64,000 nt of DNA. It comes from Promethearchaeota archaeon (GTDB taxonomy: Archaea; Asgardarchaeota; Lokiarchaeia; Sigyniarchaeales; SOKP01). Below are positions 48,804-60,400 of the stretch, piece after piece. Every line of letters starts with the position of its first letter. Within the stretch, counting starts at the first letter, position 1. The translations under genes were made by a program, and so were the position numbers. The notes below the pieces were generated by a model. The model made no database searches. It was not told the origin of the DNA and saw only the letters and a program-made list of their open reading frames with translations. The stretch spans positions 32,001-96,000 of the forward strand of contig JBHLNF010000003.1 in assembly GCA_048937405.1 (NCBI GenBank), written 5' to 3'.

Positions 48804-49802
48804 TTAGTTTTTATAATCTTTCAGATAACTGTGAATTGTTTTAAATTTTTCAAGAGAAGAGATAATTCTACCCTCTTTCAATAATTTTAAACCTTCATCA
48901 TTTAATTTTGTAATAGAATTCTTAAGCTCTTTAAACTTAAGTTGTTCCTGAAGTATTTTAAGTAATTTGGAATATTCCTCTACAGTCTCGTTTTCTTTTA
49001 TTGATTCAGCAAGTTGAATAATTTTTTTGCTATTTTTGATTGCATCTTTAAAATTCTTCTTATCTTGGAGGTATTTAACATCATTAATTAATTGTTCTAT
49101 TCTGAGTAAGGTCTTTTGATACTCTTTTTCAGCATTTATAACATCATTTTCAATAACTCTTATTTCTTTTAAATAATCAGTAATCTCGTTTTCTTCCAAT
49201 TCTTTAATAAGTTCACTTAACTTTTCCTTTAAATCTTCAAAAAGATATTTCTCCTTTAAAATAATGCTTTCTTCTATTAAATTTCCAGACTTTTCTATTA
49301 GTTCTTTTCTAATTTTCGATTTTAAAGCGTTATTTTCATACTTCTCCCATTTGCTCTTTATTTTATCATCATCAAGATCAGAAATTAGGTTTTTAGCAGT
49401 TTCTAATATTACTTCTGTTTTTTTAAAATCGTCTAATTTTAGAGCTATATTAAACTCGCTTTCTAAATGACTTAATTCTAATTTTATTTTCTTAATTTTC
49501 TCAAGTCTTAACTTTTCTTGTTCAACCCTGATTCTTTCTCTTTCGTTTTCTTCTCTTTCTTTTAAGATCTTCTTGATTCTATCAATTAAACTTTCTTGCT
49601 CTCTAATAAACGATCTTAAGTCTTCCAGTTCAGCTAATTCTATGATTTCATAAGCAAGAAATAATGCTTCGTTCAACTTTCCTTTCATATATGCTTGTCC
49701 TTGAATTGCAATTTTGTCATCAATTTCAGAAATTATCTTAATCTTTCTTTTTTCTTCTTTTTCTTCTTCTGCTTCAATTTCCTCGGATCTTTCTTCAGCC
49801 AA
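48804..49802 (-). CDS. Helical-repeat/coiled-coil protein, paralogous to the rod of the upstream gelsolin-domain protein
   Basis: Aligns by eye with residues ~120-540 of 49806-51428. Confidence 0.7.
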   Translation of the reverse strand: MAEERSEEIEAEEEKEEKRKIKIISEIDDKIAIQGQAYMKGKLNEALFLAYEIIELAELEDLRSFIREQESLIDRIKKILKEREENERERIRVEQEKLRLEKIKKIKLELSHLESEFNIALKLDDFKKTEVILETAKNLISDLDDDKIKSKWEKYENNALKSKIRKELIEKSGNLIEESIILKEKYLFEDLKEKLSELIKELEENEITDYLKEIRVIENDVINAEKEYQKTLLRIEQLINDVKYLQDKKNFKDAIKNSKKIIQLAESIKENETVEEYSKLLKILQEQLKFKELKNSITKLNDEGLKLLKEGRIISSLEKFKTIHSYLKDYKN

Positions 49803-49805
49803 TTT

Positions 49806-51428
49806 TTACACCTTATAGGCTTGTAATTGATCTATAATTTGTTCAAAAAATTTTAATGACTTTTCAAAGGAACCCTTATCTAAAGCGACTATACCATTTT
49901 TACTTAAAAATTCAATATTTTCTAAAAGTCGTCTAGCGGTATGAAATTTTGTTTTGAAATTATCCCATTTATCAATAATATCATCATCAACTAATTCATT
50001 AAGGATTTTTTCACTCTTCTCAAAAACTTCATTTGCGGCTTTTATCTCCATCCTTTTAATGTTTAAAGTAATTATTTTTTCTAATTTTGAGAGTTCTTCT
50101 TTCAATTTATTTTGTCTTTCTTCAAATTCTTTCCTTTTTTTAATTTGTTTTTTAGATTGTTCTAAAATATTTTTATAATTATCGATTACTTCAGATTTGT
50201 TTATAGATTTTCCTAATTCAATGATTTTTTCACAATCTTTGATAACTTCTTCTAAAAGAGTATTTTTTTGATTATTTATAATATTATTATCTAACCTCTT
50301 AATTTCTTCTAATGTCATATTATATAGTTCTTCAGCAGAATCAATTTCTTTGGATATCACCTCTAATTTGTCACGATACTCTAAAAAATCTATGGATTCA
50401 ACTTCTTTTATTAAGGTCTCAATTTTTGTTTTTATTTCATTGTATAGATACGCTTCCTTTAATTTTATTATCTCTTCAGAAAATTTCTCGAATCTATTTA
50501 TAAACTCGATTTTGTCTTTTGCCTTTTGGATTTTTTTATGAAATTCTTCCCATTTATTCTTAGTCTTTTTTTCAATTAAATTAGATATAAGATTCATTGC
50601 TTTATCATAGATTTCAGTAGCTTCTGAAATCTCCAAGTTATCTATAGATTCATTAAAATCTTTTTCTAATATGGAAAGATCATTTTTTATTCTTTCTTGT
50701 TCAGCTTTCCACTTCTTTTTTTCTTTTAAAATTAATTCTTTAGCACTCGGAACTAGAGTTAGATCATATACTTTCTCATATTTTTCTCTAAAGAATTCGA
50801 CTAACTCATGAGCACTTAATATATTTTTTACGTTTATTAACTTGTTATATTCCTTTTCAATTCTTATTGTTTCTTGTTCAATTTCAGATATGATCTTTTG
50901 ATTCTCATATTTCTCAGTTAATTCTGATAATAAAGTTTCTTGTTCTGTTTTAAGTGCATCATTTTGTATTTTTTCTGCTAATCCCATTATTTCTTTCAAT
51001 AGCTCAATTGCATTTTCAAAATCTTCAGATTCTATAGATTTTTCTGATTTTCCTTTTAGATCATCTATTTTTTCTAATACTGGTAGTACAGTTTTTTCTT
51101 GATATTCAATAATCTCATATAATTCATCTTTTGTGATATTTAAATTCTTGAAAAATTCATATGGTTCTGATCTCATCTCAAATGTAATATTTCTGATAAT
51201 TCTAAATTGAGGAAATTCTTCCTTTAACAACACTCGAATTTGGGCAACATGGTTTTTTAGAGTTTGAGTTGCATTTCTTCCTATCCAGATATACATTGTT
51301 TTTATTTTCTGCATATGGATAGCTAAAATATTAACAATTGTGAATACATCTTTTATGTTTTCATAAGCAATCTCATCAAAAGTCCCGTCATAATTTAATT
51401 TGAAGGTTTTTATTATATTTTCAACCAT
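49806..51428 (-). CDS. Gelsolin-like domain fused to a long helical-repeat rod
   Basis: First ~95 aa contain NILAI...MYIWIGRNA...FEMRSEPYEFF (gelsolin-repeat pattern); remainder alpha-helical. Confidence 0.65.
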   Translation of the reverse strand: MVENIIKTFKLNYDGTFDEIAYENIKDVFTIVNILAIHMQKIKTMYIWIGRNATQTLKNHVAQIRVLLKEEFPQFRIIRNITFEMRSEPYEFFKNLNITKDELYEIIEYQEKTVLPVLEKIDDLKGKSEKSIESEDFENAIELLKEIMGLAEKIQNDALKTEQETLLSELTEKYENQKIISEIEQETIRIEKEYNKLINVKNILSAHELVEFFREKYEKVYDLTLVPSAKELILKEKKKWKAEQERIKNDLSILEKDFNESIDNLEISEATEIYDKAMNLISNLIEKKTKNKWEEFHKKIQKAKDKIEFINRFEKFSEEIIKLKEAYLYNEIKTKIETLIKEVESIDFLEYRDKLEVISKEIDSAEELYNMTLEEIKRLDNNIINNQKNTLLEEVIKDCEKIIELGKSINKSEVIDNYKNILEQSKKQIKKRKEFEERQNKLKEELSKLEKIITLNIKRMEIKAANEVFEKSEKILNELVDDDIIDKWDNFKTKFHTARRLLENIEFLSKNGIVALDKGSFEKSLKFFEQIIDQLQAYKV

Positions 51429-51530
51429 TAAATTTCCTCCGAACTTATCATAACAAAATAGTTAAAGAATTTGCTTTTAAAGGTTTGCGAATAGAAAGGA
51501 GGAAATTACGCTATAGTTCCATCTTATAAT

Positions 51531-52910
51531 TTAAACCATTTTTTTGGGGTCTAATAAATTATCCAAATTGTCTATTTTCAATCCCATTTCCTTAATGACA
51601 GTCTTAATTGTCTTTCCTTCTTTATATGCTCGTTGAGCTATCTCGGAACATTTATCATAACCTAAAATGGGCGTTAAATTTGTAATAATCATCAGCATTT
51701 GTTCTAAATTTTCATTTATTTGCGAAACATTAGCCTTTAATCCAATTAAACAATGTTCTATAAATGAATTAATTCCACCAATTAGTATTTCAATAGATTC
51801 AAGTAAATTAATGATCATTACAGGTTTACATACATTCAAATCTAATATACTACCATATGCCTCTCCATATGAAATTACTGAATCATTTCCAATAACTTGA
51901 AGACAAACCTGAATTAATGCCTCGGACTGCGTAGGATTTATTTTACCTGGCATGATTGATGAACCAGGTTCATTTTGAGGTAATTTTAATTCATATAATC
52001 CCGCTCTTGGTCCACTTCCCATCCAACGTATATCATTAGCCATCTTTAATAAAGATAAAGCTAATAACCTAAGATTTCCACTTAGATTGACTACCGAATT
52101 ATGGGAAGCAATACCTTCTGCTTTCACAGGATTAGTTTTAAATAATATATTTGTAATTTGAGATAAATGAGATATTGTGAGTCTTGCAAAATCCTTATGC
52201 GCATTCAAGCCAGTTCCTAATGCAGTTCCCCCAATTGGAATGTAATATAATTCATTACAAGCATTTTGCAATCTTTCTGTATTAGTTTGAATTTGCTTTT
52301 TATAGACTTTAAATTCCAAAGACAGTGGTATAGGAATGGCGTCTTGTAGATGAGTCCTCCCTATTTTAATAATATCTTCAAAATCACTAATCTTTTTATT
52401 TATGTTTTCTATTAATTTTTCCAATGTTAGAAATAACTTTTGAATCATATGCAAAGCAGCTACATGCATCGTAGTTGGGATCACATCATTCGATGATTGA
52501 CTTTTATTTACATGATCATTAGGGTGTATAGGATATTTTTCACCCATTGGGTATCCTAATATTTCATTTGCTCGATTCGCTAATACTTCATTCATATTCA
52601 TATTTGTTTGGGTTCCTGAGCCAGTTTGAAAAATATCTATAGGGAATTGATTGAGATGTTTTTTTTCATTTAATATCTCATCTGCAGCTTTAAGAATGGC
52701 CTTTCCTTTTTCTTCATCAACCAGAGCTAAATCAATATTTGCCAAGAGACAAGCCTTTTTTACTTGGACTAAAGAAGTTATAAAAATTGAGGGAAACTTC
52801 TTACCACTAATTTGAAAATTCAAGATGGCTCGTTGAGTATTAGCACCCCAATAAACATCAGAAGGAACTTTTATTTCACCTAACATATCATTTTCAATAC
52901 GATAATTCAA
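51531..52910 (-). CDS. fumC: Fumarate hydratase class II
   Basis: QTGSGTQTNMN, HPNDHVN.SQSSND, GRTHLQDA, GSSIMPGKINP. Confidence 0.93.
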   Translation of the reverse strand: MNYRIENDMLGEIKVPSDVYWGANTQRAILNFQISGKKFPSIFITSLVQVKKACLLANIDLALVDEEKGKAILKAADEILNEKKHLNQFPIDIFQTGSGTQTNMNMNEVLANRANEILGYPMGEKYPIHPNDHVNKSQSSNDVIPTTMHVAALHMIQKLFLTLEKLIENINKKISDFEDIIKIGRTHLQDAIPIPLSLEFKVYKKQIQTNTERLQNACNELYYIPIGGTALGTGLNAHKDFARLTISHLSQITNILFKTNPVKAEGIASHNSVVNLSGNLRLLALSLLKMANDIRWMGSGPRAGLYELKLPQNEPGSSIMPGKINPTQSEALIQVCLQVIGNDSVISYGEAYGSILDLNVCKPVMIINLLESIEILIGGINSFIEHCLIGLKANVSQINENLEQMLMIITNLTPILGYDKCSEIAQRAYKEGKTIKTVIKEMGLKIDNLDNLLDPKKMV

Positions 52911-53034
52911 AGTTCAATCATCTTTTTTTGTATTTTAATATTGTAATAAGGATTGAGAATATAAAAAAAGTTCATAACAATAAATAATAAATTGAGAAAA
53001 TCCTAATTCATATGGAATTATTTTTCAATGAGAA

Positions 53035-53667
53035 TTAGTCCGAATTTTTTAATTGTCCAAAAAATTAATCTGTGTCATCAATTCCCGATTTTAACAATGC
53101 ATATTCTCGTATTATTTCAAGTTCCTTGCTAATTAATTCTAAATATTCCTTGTCAATTTCATCCTGAAAACGTAACCAACAACCAAGTGCATCAGTATAG
53201 TCTTACCACCCTCCAAAGACTAATTTACTTAAAATAAAATCTTCAATTGAAGTAACCCAGCATTCAATCCCAAAGATTTTTTCTCGAACTCTCCTTTTTA
53301 ATCCTATTGGGCCCATTTTTTTATATTTGTTATCACTGAATTTTATTACTATATGATTGTCATAACTTACAGTGTCATTTTTGTCTAAAAATTGAATAAT
53401 ATTAGTTTCTCTTGCCAAATTTAATGTTGTTCTCCAATCTCGTATTGGATGAAAACTGTTTTTTTCTAGAAGTGAAATATAATCTTCTAGAGTAATATTA
53501 GATGATTGCAAGTCGATTACAATATCAATATCACGAGTAATCCTAAAATCAGAATATAAATTTACTAAGATTCCTCCTACTAAATAATATTTAAAAGTTT
53601 TTTTATCTTCAAGATCTTCTAAAAAAATAATTATTTATAAAAATGCTTGCTTATAAGTACTCTCCAT
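53035..53667 (-). pseudogene. Nucleotidyltransferase (AbiEii/DUF6036-like toxin) pseudogene with three in-frame TAA codons
   Basis: One unbroken frame from ATG 53667: MESTYKQAFL*IIIF...YLVGGILVNLYSDFRITRDIDIVI...IEDFILSKLVFGGW*DYTDALGC...EIDKEYLE...TD*FFGQLKNSD*. Confidence 0.75.
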
Positions 53668-53904
53668 TTATCTTTTTCTCCTTCTTAAGTTATCATGAAA
53701 TTGATACTTATTTAAAATAATTTCTTTATATGTTTTTTCAGGATATCTCTCTTTTTCCTTTTGAATGTAATCTTGTAATCCTAATTCATAGATTTCTAAA
53801 AACATTGATTCAATTTTTTTTAAATCTGTTTTATTCCTTAACTCTATCCTTCCTTTAAAATCTCTAATAATTTTTCTAAATTTATTATCTGATTTAGCTG
53901 TCAT
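53668..53904 (-). CDS. Small protein, probable antitoxin/partner of the downstream nucleotidyltransferase
   Basis: 78 aa; its stop directly abuts the ATG of the NTase pseudogene. Confidence 0.5.
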   Translation of the reverse strand: MTAKSDNKFRKIIRDFKGRIELRNKTDLKKIESMFLEIYELGLQDYIQKEKERYPEKTYKEIILNKYQFHDNLRRRKR

Positions 53905-54456
53905 CTATAATTTTGTATTATTAATTCCTTTAAATATAATAATAGGAAAATGATTTATTAATAACTTGCAATTGACATATTTTCTTAGAGGTTTTTTAAA
54001 TTACTCACTGGCACAAAAGCTATAATGATATTTAAAAAAATGTATTCTATAAGAGAATTTAACAAGATTTTTTCCATATAATATCAATATTCAAAGTTTT
54101 CCCATATGACAGTATAGATAATTATATAATTGTCCTATTTATGTATTTTATTCGAAAAATACGACAAAATAGAGTATATTCAAAATAATATCGAGATTTA
54201 CAAAAATAAACTTTAAATATAAGTCGTAAATTAATTATGTTCGTATCTTCAATAGAGGGTAAATAATTGAAATTTAATGTTTATTATTCAAAAACAATAG
54301 AAAGAAAGGAAGATGTCCAAGGTTTTAGATATTTTCATACTGGTCCTCGGAATTTTTTGAATAATGAAATCATCATTTTCCTCTATATAAAAAGTATTTT
54401 TCATTAAGAGTATAAAGAAAATTTAAATAAAAATGATCAAATAGGTGCCAGATTAT

Positions 54457-57400
54457 ATGAGTAAAATAAAACAGGAACCAAATGAACTTAAATTGTCTAA
54501 TATGAAAAACAAGGAGAGATTCTACAACATAAAATTATCAAAAATTACTAATAAAAATAGGCTTTGTCAATATAATGGACAATTTAATGAAATTAGAAGA
54601 TTTAGGCAATGGCTATATAGAAATAATCTGTCTTTTTTAAAATTTAAAGAAGAGTTGCAAAATATCTGGAGTATTTTCAAGCGATATGAAGAAACTAAGA
54701 TGTACACCACACATGATCTTCTTTTTATGAAGATAATTAGACAACGAAATATTAATTCCTCCTCACTTATCATCTCTAAAGAATTCCATTCTATTTTGAA
54801 TAAAGAGAAAATGCAATTGTATCAATTATTAAAAAGAATTTCTGAAAATTATAAGCATCAAACTCATGTAGGGTTTTTAGATTATTATTCTTCAGATAAT
54901 CAAGAAAGACCTATTACCTCATCAAGTGCAAGTGGTCTATTAACTAAAGAAATAGGATGGAAACAAAATCGAATTATTCCCTATGATGATCCAACAAGTA
55001 GGGAAGTATGGGAGGAAAACCAAATTCTAGAATATCACCTTGCACAAAAAGAAGAAATTACTCAAAAACGCTTATTGGAAAGAAAAAAACTTTATAAAAA
55101 AGATCTGCAAATACAAAAAAAACTCGAAATAGAATACCGAACAAAATTAGATGAAGTCTCTAATGATTTACGTTGGATAAGATTGTTAAACAATAATAAT
55201 GATTTTAATGTTATATCAATTCTCAAGGAAAAGGAAAAATTTGAACACTTTTTTGTAGAAAACAACTTACCAGATCAAGAGTATATTGCTTTTCTTAGAC
55301 TATATAAGGAGATAAAAAAAAGATATAATTTTTTAAAAAAAATCGGATACCAAAAACACACTTCGTTATCATATAGAGAGGCTCAGTTAAATTTCCTAAA
55401 AGAACAGGAATGTTTAATTAATGATTATTTTAATGGTATTAAAAGAAATAATGAATTTATAAAGCAAACATCTTCTTTCAATAAACAAGCCCGTCAATTT
55501 ATTAGAAACATTATTAAAAATAATTCCTCTCTTAATTTAACTTCAGAACACCCAGAATTCTTGTTTATTAATCATGATAAAGAAAAGATTGAGAAAATAC
55601 CATATTACTTAGATTGTATAAACGATTTGTTGATTTTAGCTCAAAATAGAAAATATGTTAAAAAAATCTTGACAAAGAATATTAATTCTATTAAAATACA
55701 GAAGAAGAACAATCATAAAAAACAAGAGAAATCATCAGAAAAAGAAAACCTCTATTCAAAAAAAATTTTTAAAAATAAATTTGCCAAAAATTTTGTGAAA
55801 TCTTTACCTTTGATAAGTTTGGTTTTGGTACCTCTTTTAATGGTGTTTTCTCCTGGAGATAACTTTTATTCTGGATATTTATTAACTTACTTTCCTTTTA
55901 TGCAAGTTCTAATCTTTACTATTTGTCTTTTAATATACACTTGGGATCTAGTTTTGTCAAAAGCTCAATTATTATTTGTTACAGTATCGCCGATAATTCT
56001 TTTTAATCTTATAGTACTGATCAGTGAAATTTTCGGAGCGAGAGTATCTTTGTATATAACTCCAATTATGCTGATCCCTTCATATTTTGTATTAAGAAAT
56101 ATCCCTAAAAAAATCGAACGTGAATCTGAAAATTTAAAGCATTTATACCACAAAAGTAAAATATTAATTCTGTGGGTTTTGCTATCTATATCTTTTGTTC
56201 TTTTTTGGATAATTTTTGTTTTTTTTCCACGACTTCTATTTGTACCTGCATTTATAATAATTGTATCTATTGTTTTGTTTACTAAAAAATGTAATTATCA
56301 AAAGAGCAGAATTGTTGACCAATTAAAGAAAAAGTACTTTGACTATCGCTATCGAAAAAGTTCTCAAAAAGAGTTTTCATGCTATAATGCGAACAATTAT
56401 AGAGCCGCCCTATTAATGGCAATATTTCTTGTATTTATGCCATTACTTTTCTCAATTAATTCTATTGTTCGTATTGACTGTCCAGATCTTCAATTTTCGC
56501 GAATACCCCAGGATTTAAGACTTAAAACAAGTGATATAGATTATGATAACTTAGAATATCTTTCTTCACTCGATGTATTAGAAGACTTATCATTCAATGG
56601 CAAGTTTATTGCAAGATGCCAAATATCACCTAATTGGGGTGCAAGCGCTTCAATTAGAGTTCGCTTAATACCTAAAAACGTGACTCCAGTAGAAGGGTAT
56701 CAATTAAAAAAATTCTATGATATTTATTCCAAAGATAAAACAGGTCCTTTAAAAAATTATAGTCTAATTACTCATATTTCATTAAACGAATTAGATCTAT
56801 TACCAGGGAAATATGAGGCAAAGGTATACTACACTGAAATATCAGGATTTTCATATAGAATTGCTGAACCAAAAATATATGAAGTAACGTTAGAAAAAGA
56901 TGCCTTGAAAATCCTACCCACCCACCCATTTGATTTAGGAGAAGATGTAAATTACGGAGCGGTCTATACTTTTGAATATGAAAATTCCTGGAATATCACT
57001 TTTGATGGGAGATTAACAAATTCATTGGAAGAAGGTATTCAAGCAAATTTAACCTTATTTCTTGAGGACCATAACAAATGGGTCAATATTGCAAATATTA
57101 CCACGACAGAAAATGGCTCATTTTTCTTTGAGTATGCAAAATTTGGCTCCTTCGAGGTAAATGCGTTGGCTAAAATTGAGTTTGCGGGGGATGATCTTTA
57201 TGAACCCCTTATGTACGAAGAATATGCGGGACTTGAATTTTCCATTGATGGAGGAAGATTTTTTAGGGATGAGGATGGAGATGGGTATCCTGATTGGCCA
57301 TATAGTTTGTATGATTTGCTTGAAGCGCTAAAAGCGCAGGATGAGTATTATTCGAATGCTCTCGATTTTTTTGATGAGTTTGATACGGGGTACGGTTCTA

Positions 57401-60400
57401 CCACAACAGAAACCATCCACGGTTATACCGGTACCTTGAACGGCAATACAGCATGGGGATCGGGTGTTCGGGATTACGGACTTGTTCTTGATGGAGATGG
57501 TAATATTATGTATGATATCAATGAGTTCTTTAATATCTATATGTATGCTACTTATTCAATTCTTTCCTATGAATATTTTAGTGGTGGTGGAACATATGGA
57601 TCAACAGGTTCACCGACCACCACTTCCAGCGAGATAAGGACAGCGGGTGGTGAACCTGTAGCTGAGATATATTCTGCCCAGACTGCACTGGATATCAATA
57701 GAATAGTGGGTGGTGGGGGTAGCTTTGATAGCACCTTATCGGCGGGAACCGTAGCAAATGTAAATAGGGACATATACATAAGTGAATCAACAGAGTTACA
57801 TCCTACATCGTCGACCACAAGTGTTGAGAGAGGTGGTGAGGACTGGTCGAACCCAGGGAATGTGCAGTCCCAGGATAATGTCTACGCTTCTGCCGATTTG
57901 GTAGAAGGTGGTGGGAGCGGTGTTATCATTGAGGATTATGTGGATAGTGATACCTCGGATGTGGATGGGGTACCTGATGAGGGGACCTTAAGTGATTTCA
58001 ATAATATGCAAACGGTGGATGCCACCCATTCGACTATTACCGAGGAGGGTATTGGTGGTAGTGGAGGTACTTTCGGGTATGGGATAGGAGAGGGGAATAC
58101 AGTGACATCAAACGGCTTTTTGTATGTGGCCGGTGTTACGGGTTCCACGATTGCCACCTTTACGGGAGATGGGGTGGTAGAGAGTATTTGGATAGACATT
58201 TATGAGGATTACGGTGGAGTGCTTGATTTTTATCTGGGTACCATATCTGGAACTAGTTTTGTGTTCAAACAGTACGATCCGATTTGTTCTATTGATCCTT
58301 CGGTTGTGGGTTGGCAGGAGTTTACAGCCCCTGATGATTTTACGGCGTTTATGGTGGAAGCGGGGGATGTGTTGGGCTTTTATAGCAGTACCAGTGCGGT
58401 AACGGTAGGAAGATCTAGTTCGGGGTCGTATATGTCCTATCATTACAGTAGTGCGACTCGTCCGTATAGCGGAAGTGTTACGCTTAGCTCTTCGACGAGT
58501 AGGAGATTAGAGATCTTGGCAACGGCAAGTCCGCTTTCGTCTGATTATGTAGCAGAGCAAGAAGTGCAATTTACTGATGTAATGGACTTTATGGCAGTGG
58601 AAGAGCTGTGTATTAACACGGGTAGTATGGGTGCAGAAGACCTGGCGGTGGAATACTGGGACGGAGATTCTTGGGAGGTGATTGCCTCAGATTTAACCGC
58701 ATCAGCCTGGAATAATTATTCTGTGTCATTAGATAGTTCAGCTTTTACGGTTCGTTTTAGCGACGGTACCAAGACGGGAGATACCACTACGCAGGATAGC
58801 TGGACTATCGATGCAATGTTGTTGAAATACTCCGGGGGGGGTGTTAATGAGGATTATGTGGATAGTGATACCTCGGATGTGGATGGAGCGGGAGATCTCG
58901 GAGCATTGGCTGATTTTGATGATATGAAGGCAACAGATAGTTCTTATTCGACGCTGACCGAAACATCTGGATCAGTGGTGTGGTATAATGGTACGACTCC
59001 CAGTGATTTAATATTGGTTACGAGTCCTGATATATCCGGTACAGCGGTAACTTATACCACTTTTAATGAGGGCAATCTTGCTACTGATGATGATGCGTAT
59101 GGAGGTTTTAATATCCAAGACGAAGGTAGTGGGAATCCAACACAACAGGTGTTTCACTATTTTGATTTTGATATATCCGGTCTTGGAATTAGCGGTTCTG
59201 AATTAGACCAATTAATATTTGAGGCGGAGTATTATTTCCACGGTGGTACCTCTCTTGCTCCTGTTTCATCTGCTGATGTGTGGGAAATGGAAGGTAATTC
59301 CATCGATAGCGCTATTATGATTTATGATTGGACTGCATTATCGTGGTCGGTAATGGGGAGTATGGATTTCTTGAATGAAAACAATCTAGCAAATTGGGAC
59401 CAAACCAGTGATACAAATGCCGAGAGACCGTTGATTCGATCTAAAACCTCGGGATTCACGGACGGTCATATTAGTGGTAGTGGAATTATCCGCATCATGT
59501 GTAATATCACAGGCACTTTTCAAGGAACTTCCTATGACGGAGTCGGAGTAGTTGATTATGCTAAAATAGATTTCTGTTACTCCTCGGGAAGTGAGTATCA
59601 ACTGGAGCAGGAGGTACAATTTGAAGACATTCCTGATGAGGCGGATCAGATGCCAATAAAGGAGTTATGTATTAAAACGGGTAGCATGGGAGCGGAAGAC
59701 TTGGCGGTGGAATACTGGAACGGTGATTCTTGGGAAACATTATTCTCAGATCTAACAGCTTCTTCGTGGAATAATATCAGCATCTTAGGTTATCTATCAG
59801 CACCGACCTTTATTATTCGTTTCAGCGATGGTGCCAAAACTTCGGATGTATCAGGAGATGTGTGGAATATCGATGTGGTGTTGATTCATCTTGAGAATTC
59901 CGGCGGCGGAAGTGGTGGAGGAAACTCAGAATCGGATTGTTTACGTATTGATTTAGATTACATTTTGCCCGGAGCGGATCTTATAGAGGGATTAACTATA
60001 GATGGTATTGAGGTTCGCATTGATAGGCACGCAAGTGTAGCAAGTGCTCTTCTGGATTATTGGGTACAGCTACGCAATGCGTCGGGTCCGAAAGGTGATA
60101 ATAAGGCAAGTGCGGTGTACTGGGATGCTACTGACACGGACACCTATACGGTGTATGGAAGTTCGTTCGATGTATGGGGAACATCATGGACGGTAGCCGA
60201 GATTAACAGTGGTGGATTTGGAATAGACATAGTGGTAAACGCAAGTACTAACAGTATTGCTTATATAGATCATGTGATTGTATTGGTGTATTATTCAGGG
60301 TTTGTGTCTGGAAGGGAGTGGCAGAATCCAACAGGTGCGCAGGTACAAGATGATATAGTTACCTTTACAGAGTTTGAGGGATTGATCGAAAGTGAATCTG

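Noticed and set aside
2040-51900. Numerous 60-150 aa ORFs overlapping longer genes (e.g. 13125-13451, 29779-30231, 36634-37095)
   Set aside because: Antisense or alternate-frame shadows of well-supported genes, with no recognisable motifs
23158-53667. Genome-wide TAA/TAG stop-codon reassignment suggested by several in-frame stops
   Set aside because: Conserved genes (hdrB, gdhA, fumC, aconitase) end properly at TAA and nrdJ at TAG; two of the affected genes also have frameshifts, so pseudogenisation is simpler
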